Position numbers and translations under genes: made by a program | The notes under the pieces: model-generated | What the model was told of the DNA's origin: nothing | Database searches by the model: none | What the model saw: the letters and a program-made list of their open reading frames with translations, nothing else | Shown here: positions 52,932 to 61,573 of the stretch, in pieces | How the letters are laid out: the number at the start of each line of letters is the position of its first letter | Position numbering within the stretch: position 1 is the stretch's first letter | Source: Clostridia bacterium | GTDB taxonomy: Bacteria > Bacillota > Clostridia > Oscillospirales > Acutalibacteraceae | Reading direction: 5' to 3' | Assembly (NCBI GenBank): GCA_017450005.1 | Contig: JAFSYM010000146.1 | Span: forward strand, 2,811 to 66,810 | DNA length: 64,000 nt

Positions 52932-55900
52932 ATGCTGCAATTTATTATCGGCAAAGCCGGTACGGGAAAGACGGCGTACCTGACGCGTCTTGCGGCGCAG
53001 CTCGCCGCACAGCAGGCACAGCCGCTTCTTTTTTTAGTGCCCGAACAGGCCTCCTTCGACTACGAAAAAAGGATGCTGCGCGCGCTCGGCCCGCGCGATG
53101 CGCAGCGCGTCGAGGTGCTCAGCTTTTCACGCCTGGCAGAGACGTTTCTGCCGGGCGGTCAGCTTCCGCCTGTCGACGACGCGGGACGCGCGGTCATCAT
53201 GAGCCTTGCGCTCGAATCCCTGGCGGGTCGGTTGGAGGTCTACGGACGGTATGCCAAAAGCCTGTCCGTGGCAAACGAACTGCTCAAATTGTCCTCGGAA
53301 TTCAAGCGCTGCATGCTCACGCCCGCAGCGGTGCAGACGATTGCCGGCGGGATGGAAGACTGCTTTTTGAAGCATAAGCTGCGGGAGATCGGCCTGATCC
53401 TCGAAACGTACGACGCGCTGGTTGCGCAAAGTTACTGCGACGATACCGATACGCTCACGCGTCTTGCGGACTGGCTGCCGGAGAATCCGGTTCTGCGCGG
53501 ACGCATCGCCTGCATCGACGCCTTCAACCATTTCACCGTGCAGGAATATGCCGTGATCGAGCGTATGCTGACGCAGTGTGAGACCGTTTACGTTTCGCTG
53601 TGTACGGACTCGGTCTTTTCCGGCAAGTCCTATGATACGGGCGCATTCGCGTTTGTGCGCCGCACGGCGCAGCGGCTGATGCACGCGGCGCGCAAACACA
53701 GCGTGCCGATTGGCGAACCCGTGACCGTTTCCGATACGCCGCACCGTTTTCATGCCGAACCGCTGCGGGCGGTCGAGCACATCTTTGCCGGCGATACGCA
53801 GATGGTCTGGCCCGACGCTGCGCCACAGATCACGATTGCGACGGCGTCCGGTCTGCACGAGGAGTGTGCGTTCGTCGCTGCCGAGGTCAAGCGCCTGATG
53901 CGCGAGGAGAACTACAGATGCCGCGATATTGCGGTGCTGTTCCGCGATGCGGCTATATACGAATCACCGATCCGCGCCGCGCTGGTCAAATGCGGCGTGC
54001 CGATCTTTGAGGACAAACGGCAGCCGATTCTCACACAGCCGCTGATTTCGCTCGTGCGCGGCCTGTGCGCCGCGGCGTCGCAGGGGATTACGACCGAGAA
54101 TCTCATGCAGATGCTTAAAACGGGTTTGACGGATTTCACGACAGAAGAGATTGCGCTGCTGGAAAACTATGCGCTGCTGTGGAATCTGCGCGCGCGGCAT
54201 TGGCGCGAACCGTTTACCGCGCATCCCGACGGCCTGGGCGAGAGCGAGACGCAGGAATCCATGCAGCATCTGGAGACGCTCAACGCACTTCGCGTGCGGC
54301 TGATCGAACCGCTCGAGCAGTTTTGTGCGCGTGTGCGCGAGACGACGGGCAGACAGTTTGCCGAGGCGATCTATCGTTTTCTGCTCACGCACCATGCAGA
54401 CGCGCATCTGCTCGAGCTGGCAAAGCAGCTTGAGACGCACGGAGAGCCGGCGCTGGCGCTCGAGCAGGCGCGTATGTGGGATCTGCTCATGGAGATTCTT
54501 GACTTGTTCGCGCATACGCTGGAACACCGTACCGTGACGGTGGGACGTTTCACGGAGCTTTTCGATGTGGTGCTGCGTACCAAAACACTCGGTTCTATCC
54601 CGCAGGGACTGGACGAGGTGACGGTCGGCGATCTGGAACGCACTGTCACAGACAGCCCGCGCGCCGTATTCCTGCTCGGCGCGACGGAAGGCGTGTTTCC
54701 GCGTACCCCTTCGTCCGGCGGTCTGCTGACGACGGCGGAGCGCAAGACGCTGCGGGAGATGCAGGTGGAGCTGTACGACTTCGGCGAGATCAAGGTCAGC
54801 GAGGAACGCTTCCTTGTGTACAAAACGCTTTGCAGCGCAGCGCAGCGCCTGACGATCACAACGTGCGCCGTCGCGGACGACGGCAGTGCGCAGTGTGCAT
54901 CCGAGATTGTGCGGACGGTGCGCGGATGTTTTCCGCAATGCACGGTTGTCGACGTGAGATGCATGGAAACGATGCGGCGCATCGAGAGCGCATCGACGGC
55001 GTTCGAGCAGCTTTGTCTGCACGCGCGCAAGGCAGATGACCTGTATCCTGAGCTGTACGCGCATTTTGCCGCGGACGAGCATGCGCGCGCACGTCTGCAG
55101 GCGCTTGACCGCGTCTGCCGCGGCGGGACGCTGCGCATTGAGAATCCGGCACTGGCGGAGCGTCTGTTCGGTAAAAACATGTTTCTTTCCGCCTCCCGTG
55201 TGGAGAGCTATTACAAATGTCCGTTTGCCTACTACTGCAAATTCGGCCTTCTGGCCAAGCCGCGCAAGACGGCGCAGTTCGATCCGGCCATTCAGGGCAC
55301 AGAGATCCATTTTGTGCTGGAAATGCTGCTTCGCCGCCACGGGCGCGAGGGGCTGCTTGCCATGACGCGCGAGCAGCGGCAGGCGCAGATCGATGCGCTG
55401 CTGGATGCGTATCTTGCGGAAAATCTCAGCGGCGCGGAGCAGACGAAACGGTTTATGTATCTGTATAACCGCCTGCGCAAGACGATGGGCGAGATCGTCG
55501 AGCGTCTTGTTTTAGAGTTTGCGGTTTGCAGCTTTGAGCCGGTCGACTTTGAGCTGAAGATCGACCGCGACGGTGAAATCCCACCCTACACTACGCCGCT
55601 GCCGGAAGGCGGGAGCGTGCAGATCAAGGGTTCGATCGACCGCGTGGACAAGCTCGAACTGAACGGAAAGACGTATATCCGCATCGTCGACTACAAGTCC
55701 GGCGGCAAGACTTTCGCGCTTTCGGATGTGCTCGGCGGACTGAATATGCAGATGCTGATTTACCTGTTTGCCGTCTGGCAGAACGGCGAGGATTACTACG
55801 GGTCGCCGATCGTACCGGCAGGGATTCTGTATATGCCCGCAAAGGCGCAGTTCGAGAAGCTGTCGCGCGATCTGTCCGATGACGCCGCCGCGATGGCCAA

Positions 55901-56294
55901 AGCGCATGCCCTGCGCATGAACGGAATGCTGCTCGACGACAGCGTCGTCCTGCTGCACATGGACAGCGGTGAGAGCGGCTGTTTCATCCCGGTGGACAAA
56001 AAGAGCCGCTCAAACACCCTGATTTCCCTGCATCGGCTGGCGGTTCTGAAAAAAGAGACGGAGCGGCTTCTGCGCGAGATGGCGAGAAATCTCCGCGCGG
56101 GCAGGATCGACGCGCTGCCTGCGCGCAACAACAAGGATTACAACGCGTGTACGTTCTGCGATTACCGCAGCGTTTGCGCACGCGAGGACGATATGCCGGA
56201 GCGGGAAATCGAAAAGATCCCGCATCAGGATTGTTTGGAAATCCTCGATGAGCGGGAAGAAGGGCAGGTGCAGACAGATGCAGTGGACGCGTGA
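52932..56294 (+). CDS. addB: helicase-nuclease complex subunit AddB
   Basis: GKAGTGKT Walker A. C-terminal nuclease with Fe-S Cys set (CPFAYYC ... CTFCDYRSVC). ATG 52932 has RBS GGAGAG; the track start 52920 is TTG. Confidence 0.9.
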   Translation: MLQFIIGKAGTGKTAYLTRLAAQLAAQQAQPLLFLVPEQASFDYEKRMLRALGPRDAQRVEVLSFSRLAETFLPGGQLPPVDDAGRAVIMSLALESLAGRLEVYGRYAKSLSVANELLKLSSEFKRCMLTPAAVQTIAGGMEDCFLKHKLREIGLILETYDALVAQSYCDDTDTLTRLADWLPENPVLRGRIACIDAFNHFTVQEYAVIERMLTQCETVYVSLCTDSVFSGKSYDTGAFAFVRRTAQRLMHAARKHSVPIGEPVTVSDTPHRFHAEPLRAVEHIFAGDTQMVWPDAAPQITIATASGLHEECAFVAAEVKRLMREENYRCRDIAVLFRDAAIYESPIRAALVKCGVPIFEDKRQPILTQPLISLVRGLCAAASQGITTENLMQMLKTGLTDFTTEEIALLENYALLWNLRARHWREPFTAHPDGLGESETQESMQHLETLNALRVRLIEPLEQFCARVRETTGRQFAEAIYRFLLTHHADAHLLELAKQLETHGEPALALEQARMWDLLMEILDLFAHTLEHRTVTVGRFTELFDVVLRTKTLGSIPQGLDEVTVGDLERTVTDSPRAVFLLGATEGVFPRTPSSGGLLTTAERKTLREMQVELYDFGEIKVSEERFLVYKTLCSAAQRLTITTCAVADDGSAQCASEIVRTVRGCFPQCTVVDVRCMETMRRIESASTAFEQLCLHARKADDLYPELYAHFAADEHARARLQALDRVCRGGTLRIENPALAERLFGKNMFLSASRVESYYKCPFAYYCKFGLLAKPRKTAQFDPAIQGTEIHFVLEMLLRRHGREGLLAMTREQRQAQIDALLDAYLAENLSGAEQTKRFMYLYNRLRKTMGEIVERLVLEFAVCSFEPVDFELKIDRDGEIPPYTTPLPEGGSVQIKGSIDRVDKLELNGKTYIRIVDYKSGGKTFALSDVLGGLNMQMLIYLFAVWQNGEDYYGSPIVPAGILYMPAKAQFEKLSRDLSDDAAAMAKAHALRMNGMLLDDSVVLLHMDSGESGCFIPVDKKSRSNTLISLHRLAVLKKETERLLREMARNLRAGRIDALPARNNKDYNACTFCDYRSVCAREDDMPEREIEKIPHQDCLEILDEREEGQVQTDAVDA

Positions 56295-59200
56295 CCAGCA
56301 AACGGCGATTGAAGCGCGCGGCGGTACGCTTCTGGTGAGTGCGGCGGCCGGTTCCGGCAAAACGGCCGTACTCGTGGAGCGTGTGCTGCAGCGGCTGGAA
56401 GATCCGGTGAACGGGTGCGCCGCAGACGAGCTGCTGATCGTGACCTTCACCAAAGCGGCGACGACACAGATGCGCGACAAGATCGCTTCTGCGCTGCAAA
56501 AGCGTATTCAGGAAGATCCGCTCAATGAGCACCTGCTGCGGCAGCAGGCGCTGCTTCCGTTTGCGCACATCAGCACGATCGACAGCTTCTGCGCCGAGAT
56601 CGTGCGCGAAAACTTTCAGGATCTCGGCATTGAGCCGGACTATCAGGTGCTCGACGACCACAGCCTGCATGTGATGCAGGAGGAGACGGCTTCCGAGCTT
56701 GTCGAGCAGCTTTACAGCGAGGACGACGGCACGTTCTCCGAGCTTTGCGAGCTGCTGTTTCGCGGCCGCGACGACCGCAAGCTCATCGATACCATTCTCG
56801 AACTGAACAAAGTCGCTTCGTCTTATGACGATCCCGATCAGTGGCTTGCGGGACTGTACAGCGGCTATGATCCGGCTGTCCCGCTGGGTGAGACGATCTG
56901 GGGTACGCTTGCGGCGCAGACGGCGCGGAGAGTTGTTCACCTTTGTATAGACAACGTCGATCAGGCTCTGCGGCTGATTCGGCGCGACGCGGACGTCGAT
57001 AAGAAATATACGCCGTTTCTTTCCGAAGAGCGTGCGGCGCTGGAGCGGCTTCTGGATGTCTTTTCCGGTACGGATTGGGACGCGATGCGCGAGGCGGCGC
57101 TCGGTGCGCTGAAAACACTGCCGCCCAGAGCGCCGAGCGTGACCGGCAACCATTCCTATGAAAAGAACGCCGCGCACCATGTGCATGAAAAGGTCAAGGA
57201 GCGCATCACCAAGCAAATCGTTCCGCTGTTCTGCAGCACCGCCGCCGAGTATGCCGAAGACGCCGCCTACTGCGCGCCGATCATCCGCACGCTCTCGGAG
57301 GCCGTGATCCGCTACCGCGCGATGCTGCTCGAGCGCAAACACGCGGCAAACGGTTACGAGTTCTCGGACGTCAGTCTGTTCGCGCTGCGCTGCCTTCAGG
57401 ACGAAAACGGCGCAAAGACCGCATATGCGCGCGCACTGAGCGAGACGTTCTGCGAGATTCTCGTCGATGAGTTTCAGGACGTCAACGGCGCGCAGTACAA
57501 GCTATTCACCTTGCTATCACGCGAGGGGAGCAATCTGTTTATGGTCGGCGACGCCAAGCAGAGCATATACAAATTCAGACAGGCGAGACCCGATATCTTT
57601 ATTTCGCTCAAGGAGAAGTATCCGCTGTACGCGGACGAAAACTATCCGGCGCTTGTACTGCTCGACTGCAATTTCCGCTCGCGCAGCGGCGTGACGCAGT
57701 GGGTCAATTTCGTCTTTCACCAGATCATGCACAGCGAAGAGGACCGTATATTCGATATCAATTATGACGAGCGTGAATTCTTGCGTCCCGCGGCGCAGTA
57801 TCCGCCGTCCCCGATCCCGGACGCGCAGCTGCACGTTCTGGAGTGCAAACGGGGTACGGAGGATCGCCTTGCGGCCGAGGCGCGTTACGTCGCGCAGTGG
57901 ATTTTGCAGCAGCTTGACGACGGCCTGACCGTGACAGAAAACGGTGTGCAGCGTCCGGCGACATTCGGCGATTTCTGTGTGCTGCTGCGCGCGGACAGCG
58001 GCCGTATTTCCAAAATTGCCAATGTATTTGTGCAGTACGGCATCCCCGTGCAGGCGCCGCCGCAGGGCAGCCTGTTCGACGCGCCGGAGGTGCGTTTTCT
58101 GGTGTCGCTGCTGCAGGTGCTCGACAATCCGACACAGGACGTGCCGCTGCTTGCCGTTCTGCTCTCGCCCGTGTTCGGCTTCACACCGGACGATATGACC
58201 GCATTGCGTGTCGGGGACCGGGAATCGAGCCTGTATGCGCTGGTCAACGCCGCGTCTGCGGCGGACGAGCGATATGCGGCGTTTCTGTCACGACTTCTCG
58301 ATCTGCGCATGCTCGCCTCCACGCTTTCCGTGCCGGAGCTTGTGCGCCGGCTTCTGGATGAGACAGGGTACGAGGCGATTGCCGCGGCCATGTCCGGCGG
58401 TGTGGGAAGACAGGCGAATCTGCGGCTTGTGCAGCAGCTTGCCGCGCAGTATACGCAGACCGGCCGATTCGGTTTGTCCGGTTTTGTGCGTTATCTGGAA
58501 CGTCTGGAGGAGCGCGGCAAGACGGAAAAAGCGAGCACCGGCGTTCGCAGCGCAGTGCTGCTGCAAATCATGACCATGCACGGCAGCAAGGGATTGGAGT
58601 TTCCTGTCTGTATTCTGATGAACTGCGGCGGCAGCTATAACGAGGAGGATTTGAAGAACAACTACGTTTACCATAACGTCTACGGCATGGCAACCGTGCG
58701 GCGCGATACAGCACAGTTTATTCAGTACGACACCGTACCCAAACGTGTGCTGACTGCCAAGGTGCGCGAGAGCAGCCGCAATGAGGAATTGCGCGTTTTG
58801 TATGTGGCGATGACGCGCGCCAAAGAGAAACTGATCGCCGTGACCACGCTGGAAAACGCGGAAAAGCGGCTGATGTCGCTTTCCGTGCGCGCAAATGCCG
58901 ACGGCAGTGTGGGCGGCGTGCTGGAAATGGGCAATTACGGCGATCTGCTGCTTGCGGCAAGCCTGCGCCATCCCGATGCGCATGCGCTTCGGGAGGCGGC
59001 AGGCATTCCGGCGTCGTCTGTGATGCTGCCGGCGGATTTCCCGCTGCATGTGGTGCTCGCACAGCCGCCTGCCGAACTGCCGCCTGAGCGCGAATGTGTG
59101 CAGACGCGCGAAGCGGACGATGCATTGCTCGCCCAGATCGAAGCGCGTGTGCAGTATGTGTACCCTTATGCGGCGCTGTCTGCAGCGACGGCCAAGCACG

Positions 59201-59796
59201 TTGCGTCCGGTATGCAGCAGGAGGGGATCGACAGCGAGTTCTTCGCCTCGGCACGTCCGGCTTTTCTGGCGTCCGGCGGCCTGACGCCTGCCCAGCGCGG
59301 TACGGCGCTGCACAAATTCATGCAGCTTGCGGATTACGCTGCGGCGTCGCAGGATGTGCACACGGAGCTGCAGCGGCTCTTTGACACGGGCGCTCTGACC
59401 GCGCAGGAGCGCGACGTGGTGCCGGTCGACGCGGTGCGCGCATTCTTCCGCAGCACCATCGGACAGCGTCTGCTGCATGCGCAAACGATGCTGCGTGAGC
59501 AGCGGTTCACGATCGAACTGCCGCTCGAAGCGGTCTATCCGCTTCTGGCGTCCGTCGCCGACGGCGAGACGGTCGTGGTGCAGGGTATGGTGGACTGTGC
59601 GTTTGTGGAGGACGGCAAGCTGTATATTGTAGACTACAAGACAGACCGCGAACCGCCGCAGGTGCTGCGCGAGCGGTACCGCACACAGATGCGCACATAC
59701 CGCGATGCGATGGCGCAGTGCACGGATTATCCGGTAGCGGGTGTGTGCCTGTATTCTTTCCACAATCATTGCCAGATCGACATGGATTTTTCTTGA
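56278..59796 (+). CDS. addA: ATP-dependent helicase/nuclease subunit AddA
   Basis: MQWTRDQQTAIE, AAAGSGKTAVLVERV, LVDEFQDVN and the C-terminal RecB nuclease VDCAFVEDGKLYIVDYKTD. An alternative ATG is at 56248. Confidence 0.9.
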   Translation: MQWTRDQQTAIEARGGTLLVSAAAGSGKTAVLVERVLQRLEDPVNGCAADELLIVTFTKAATTQMRDKIASALQKRIQEDPLNEHLLRQQALLPFAHISTIDSFCAEIVRENFQDLGIEPDYQVLDDHSLHVMQEETASELVEQLYSEDDGTFSELCELLFRGRDDRKLIDTILELNKVASSYDDPDQWLAGLYSGYDPAVPLGETIWGTLAAQTARRVVHLCIDNVDQALRLIRRDADVDKKYTPFLSEERAALERLLDVFSGTDWDAMREAALGALKTLPPRAPSVTGNHSYEKNAAHHVHEKVKERITKQIVPLFCSTAAEYAEDAAYCAPIIRTLSEAVIRYRAMLLERKHAANGYEFSDVSLFALRCLQDENGAKTAYARALSETFCEILVDEFQDVNGAQYKLFTLLSREGSNLFMVGDAKQSIYKFRQARPDIFISLKEKYPLYADENYPALVLLDCNFRSRSGVTQWVNFVFHQIMHSEEDRIFDINYDEREFLRPAAQYPPSPIPDAQLHVLECKRGTEDRLAAEARYVAQWILQQLDDGLTVTENGVQRPATFGDFCVLLRADSGRISKIANVFVQYGIPVQAPPQGSLFDAPEVRFLVSLLQVLDNPTQDVPLLAVLLSPVFGFTPDDMTALRVGDRESSLYALVNAASAADERYAAFLSRLLDLRMLASTLSVPELVRRLLDETGYEAIAAAMSGGVGRQANLRLVQQLAAQYTQTGRFGLSGFVRYLERLEERGKTEKASTGVRSAVLLQIMTMHGSKGLEFPVCILMNCGGSYNEEDLKNNYVYHNVYGMATVRRDTAQFIQYDTVPKRVLTAKVRESSRNEELRVLYVAMTRAKEKLIAVTTLENAEKRLMSLSVRANADGSVGGVLEMGNYGDLLLAASLRHPDAHALREAAGIPASSVMLPADFPLHVVLAQPPAELPPERECVQTREADDALLAQIEARVQYVYPYAALSAATAKHVASGMQQEGIDSEFFASARPAFLASGGLTPAQRGTALHKFMQLADYAAASQDVHTELQRLFDTGALTAQERDVVPVDAVRAFFRSTIGQRLLHAQTMLREQRFTIELPLEAVYPLLASVADGETVVVQGMVDCAFVEDGKLYIVDYKTDREPPQVLRERYRTQMRTYRDAMAQCTDYPVAGVCLYSFHNHCQIDMDFS

Positions 59797-59839
59797 TGTT
59801 TTTTTCGGAATATGCTATTATAAACATGAGGTGATTGCT

Positions 59840-61549
59840 ATGTGTAAAAAGCTTGTATGCGTGTTTCTGAGTATCTTGCTGATTCTGAGCGCGTTTGCGT
59901 TCTGCATTTCGGCCGCGGACGACAGCCTGTCATTCATCGTCGCGTCCGACACGCATTTTCGCCCTGCGCCCAAGACGGTGCCGGTCAACTTTCCGGGCAG
60001 CAAATACTATTGCGCGGACAAAACGCCGAACCTGTTGTCGGAATCCTACGCGATTACGCGCGAGTTCCTGCGGCAGGCGGCAGAGAGCGACGCAGAGTTT
60101 ATCCTGATCTGCGGCGATCTGACACACTACGGCCATATCAAGGAGCATACCGCTATGGCGCAGATGCTGTCCGATTTTGAGCAGACGACAGGCAAGCGCG
60201 TGTATGTGATAGACGGCAATCACGATTTCTTCAACGGCGTTTCGCGCGACCGGTTCAAGGAAGTCTATGCCGACTTCGGATACAGCGAAGCGTTGGAAAT
60301 CGACGACAAGAGCTGTTCTTACACGGCGGATCTCGGCGGCAAATACCGCCTGATCGCGATCGATTCCATCAAGTACGGCGAGGGCGAGGACGGCATCACG
60401 CAGGATCTGCTTACCTGGTGCGACAAGCAGGCAGCGCAGGCGAGAGCCGACGGCAAAACGCCGATTGCCATGATGCACCACAATTTCCTGGAGCATATCC
60501 GTTTCCAGTCGAAGATTCTGCCGGCGTTCATCACGCGCCCCGAGCTGGAGATGAAGATGCGTTTTCTGGATTGGGGCGTGCGGTATGTGTTCACCGGCCA
60601 CCAGCACGGGCAAGACGTCACGTCGTTCACCGATGGCGCGGACCGCACGGTCTACGACATCATGACCACGAGTCTCAATTCCTATCCCTGCCTGTTCCGC
60701 TCGGCAACGCTTTCGGACAGCGGACTGGATCTCAAGGCGCACAAAATCGACCGCGTTGACCCATCGCTGCTGCCGGACGGTTATACGCCCGAGCTTTTGG
60801 AGGAAATGACGACCGATTTCAATCGCTACGCCTACGGCTGCTTCCGGTATGCGTTCGAGCTCAAGAAGGATGATTTCATCAGCGAGGATGCGCTTGAAGG
60901 GACGCTGAACCGTTTCGTCGGCGAAAAGATGAGCGCATTCCTTGATCCGTTCTTCCGCTCTTTCTTTAAGAACATCTTCCTGCCGATCTACACGCCTTCT
61001 GAACCGGGAGGCAAGTGCCTGGCGGATATGGCGCGCGGACTGGGGCTGACCGTGCCGCAGACGCAGCATGCGACGGTCGTGGATCTGCTGTTCTACTTTG
61101 TGTCCGTGTACTATGCGGGCGACGAGAATCTGCCGTACTACGATCCGCAGATCGTTCTGTTCATGCAGTGCGTGTACACGGCGCTGAGCGAGACGATGCG
61201 CGACGTCAACGTGCAGACGCGTGATGCGCTGGCTGCGGATCTTCGCGCCGCCTTCCGGGACGAAGCGCTGCCGTTTGCGGTGTCGGCTGCAGGCAAGCTC
61301 GCGCTCGGCGCGGTGCAGGACGACCGTCTGCTTGAAATGACGCTGCTGCTGATTTCGCCCCTGATCGAGTCGTTTTCCATGGATGACGAAGTGGCGGACA
61401 ACGACGTGTTCCTGCCGGCGAAGAACGCGCAAAAGAACCCGGTGCTTGATTTTCTCATCCGTGTGATCAACTGGATCGCCCGTGCTTTTACGAGAATACC
61501 CGCGGGTCTGCACCGTATCTTTACGCAGTATCCGCTTTTTTCCAGATAA
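59840..61549 (+). CDS. secreted calcineurin-like metallophosphoesterase with uncharacterised C-terminal domain
   Basis: Signal MCKKLVCVFLSILLILSAFAFCISA. Motifs VASDTHF, CGDLTHYG, DGNHDF, MMHHNF and TGHQHG. RBS GAGGTGA. Confidence 0.7.
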   Translation: MCKKLVCVFLSILLILSAFAFCISAADDSLSFIVASDTHFRPAPKTVPVNFPGSKYYCADKTPNLLSESYAITREFLRQAAESDAEFILICGDLTHYGHIKEHTAMAQMLSDFEQTTGKRVYVIDGNHDFFNGVSRDRFKEVYADFGYSEALEIDDKSCSYTADLGGKYRLIAIDSIKYGEGEDGITQDLLTWCDKQAAQARADGKTPIAMMHHNFLEHIRFQSKILPAFITRPELEMKMRFLDWGVRYVFTGHQHGQDVTSFTDGADRTVYDIMTTSLNSYPCLFRSATLSDSGLDLKAHKIDRVDPSLLPDGYTPELLEEMTTDFNRYAYGCFRYAFELKKDDFISEDALEGTLNRFVGEKMSAFLDPFFRSFFKNIFLPIYTPSEPGGKCLADMARGLGLTVPQTQHATVVDLLFYFVSVYYAGDENLPYYDPQIVLFMQCVYTALSETMRDVNVQTRDALAADLRAAFRDEALPFAVSAAGKLALGAVQDDRLLEMTLLLISPLIESFSMDDEVADNDVFLPAKNAQKNPVLDFLIRVINWIARAFTRIPAGLHRIFTQYPLFSR

Positions 61550-61573
61550 TCATAGTTTAGGAGAAATCACGTT

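Noticed and set aside
52932-59796. AddAB as a candidate defence system
   Set aside because: This is the canonical Firmicutes recombination-repair helicase-nuclease, with Walker A, RecB nuclease and AddB Fe-S Cys motifs. There are no adjacent defence-type genes.
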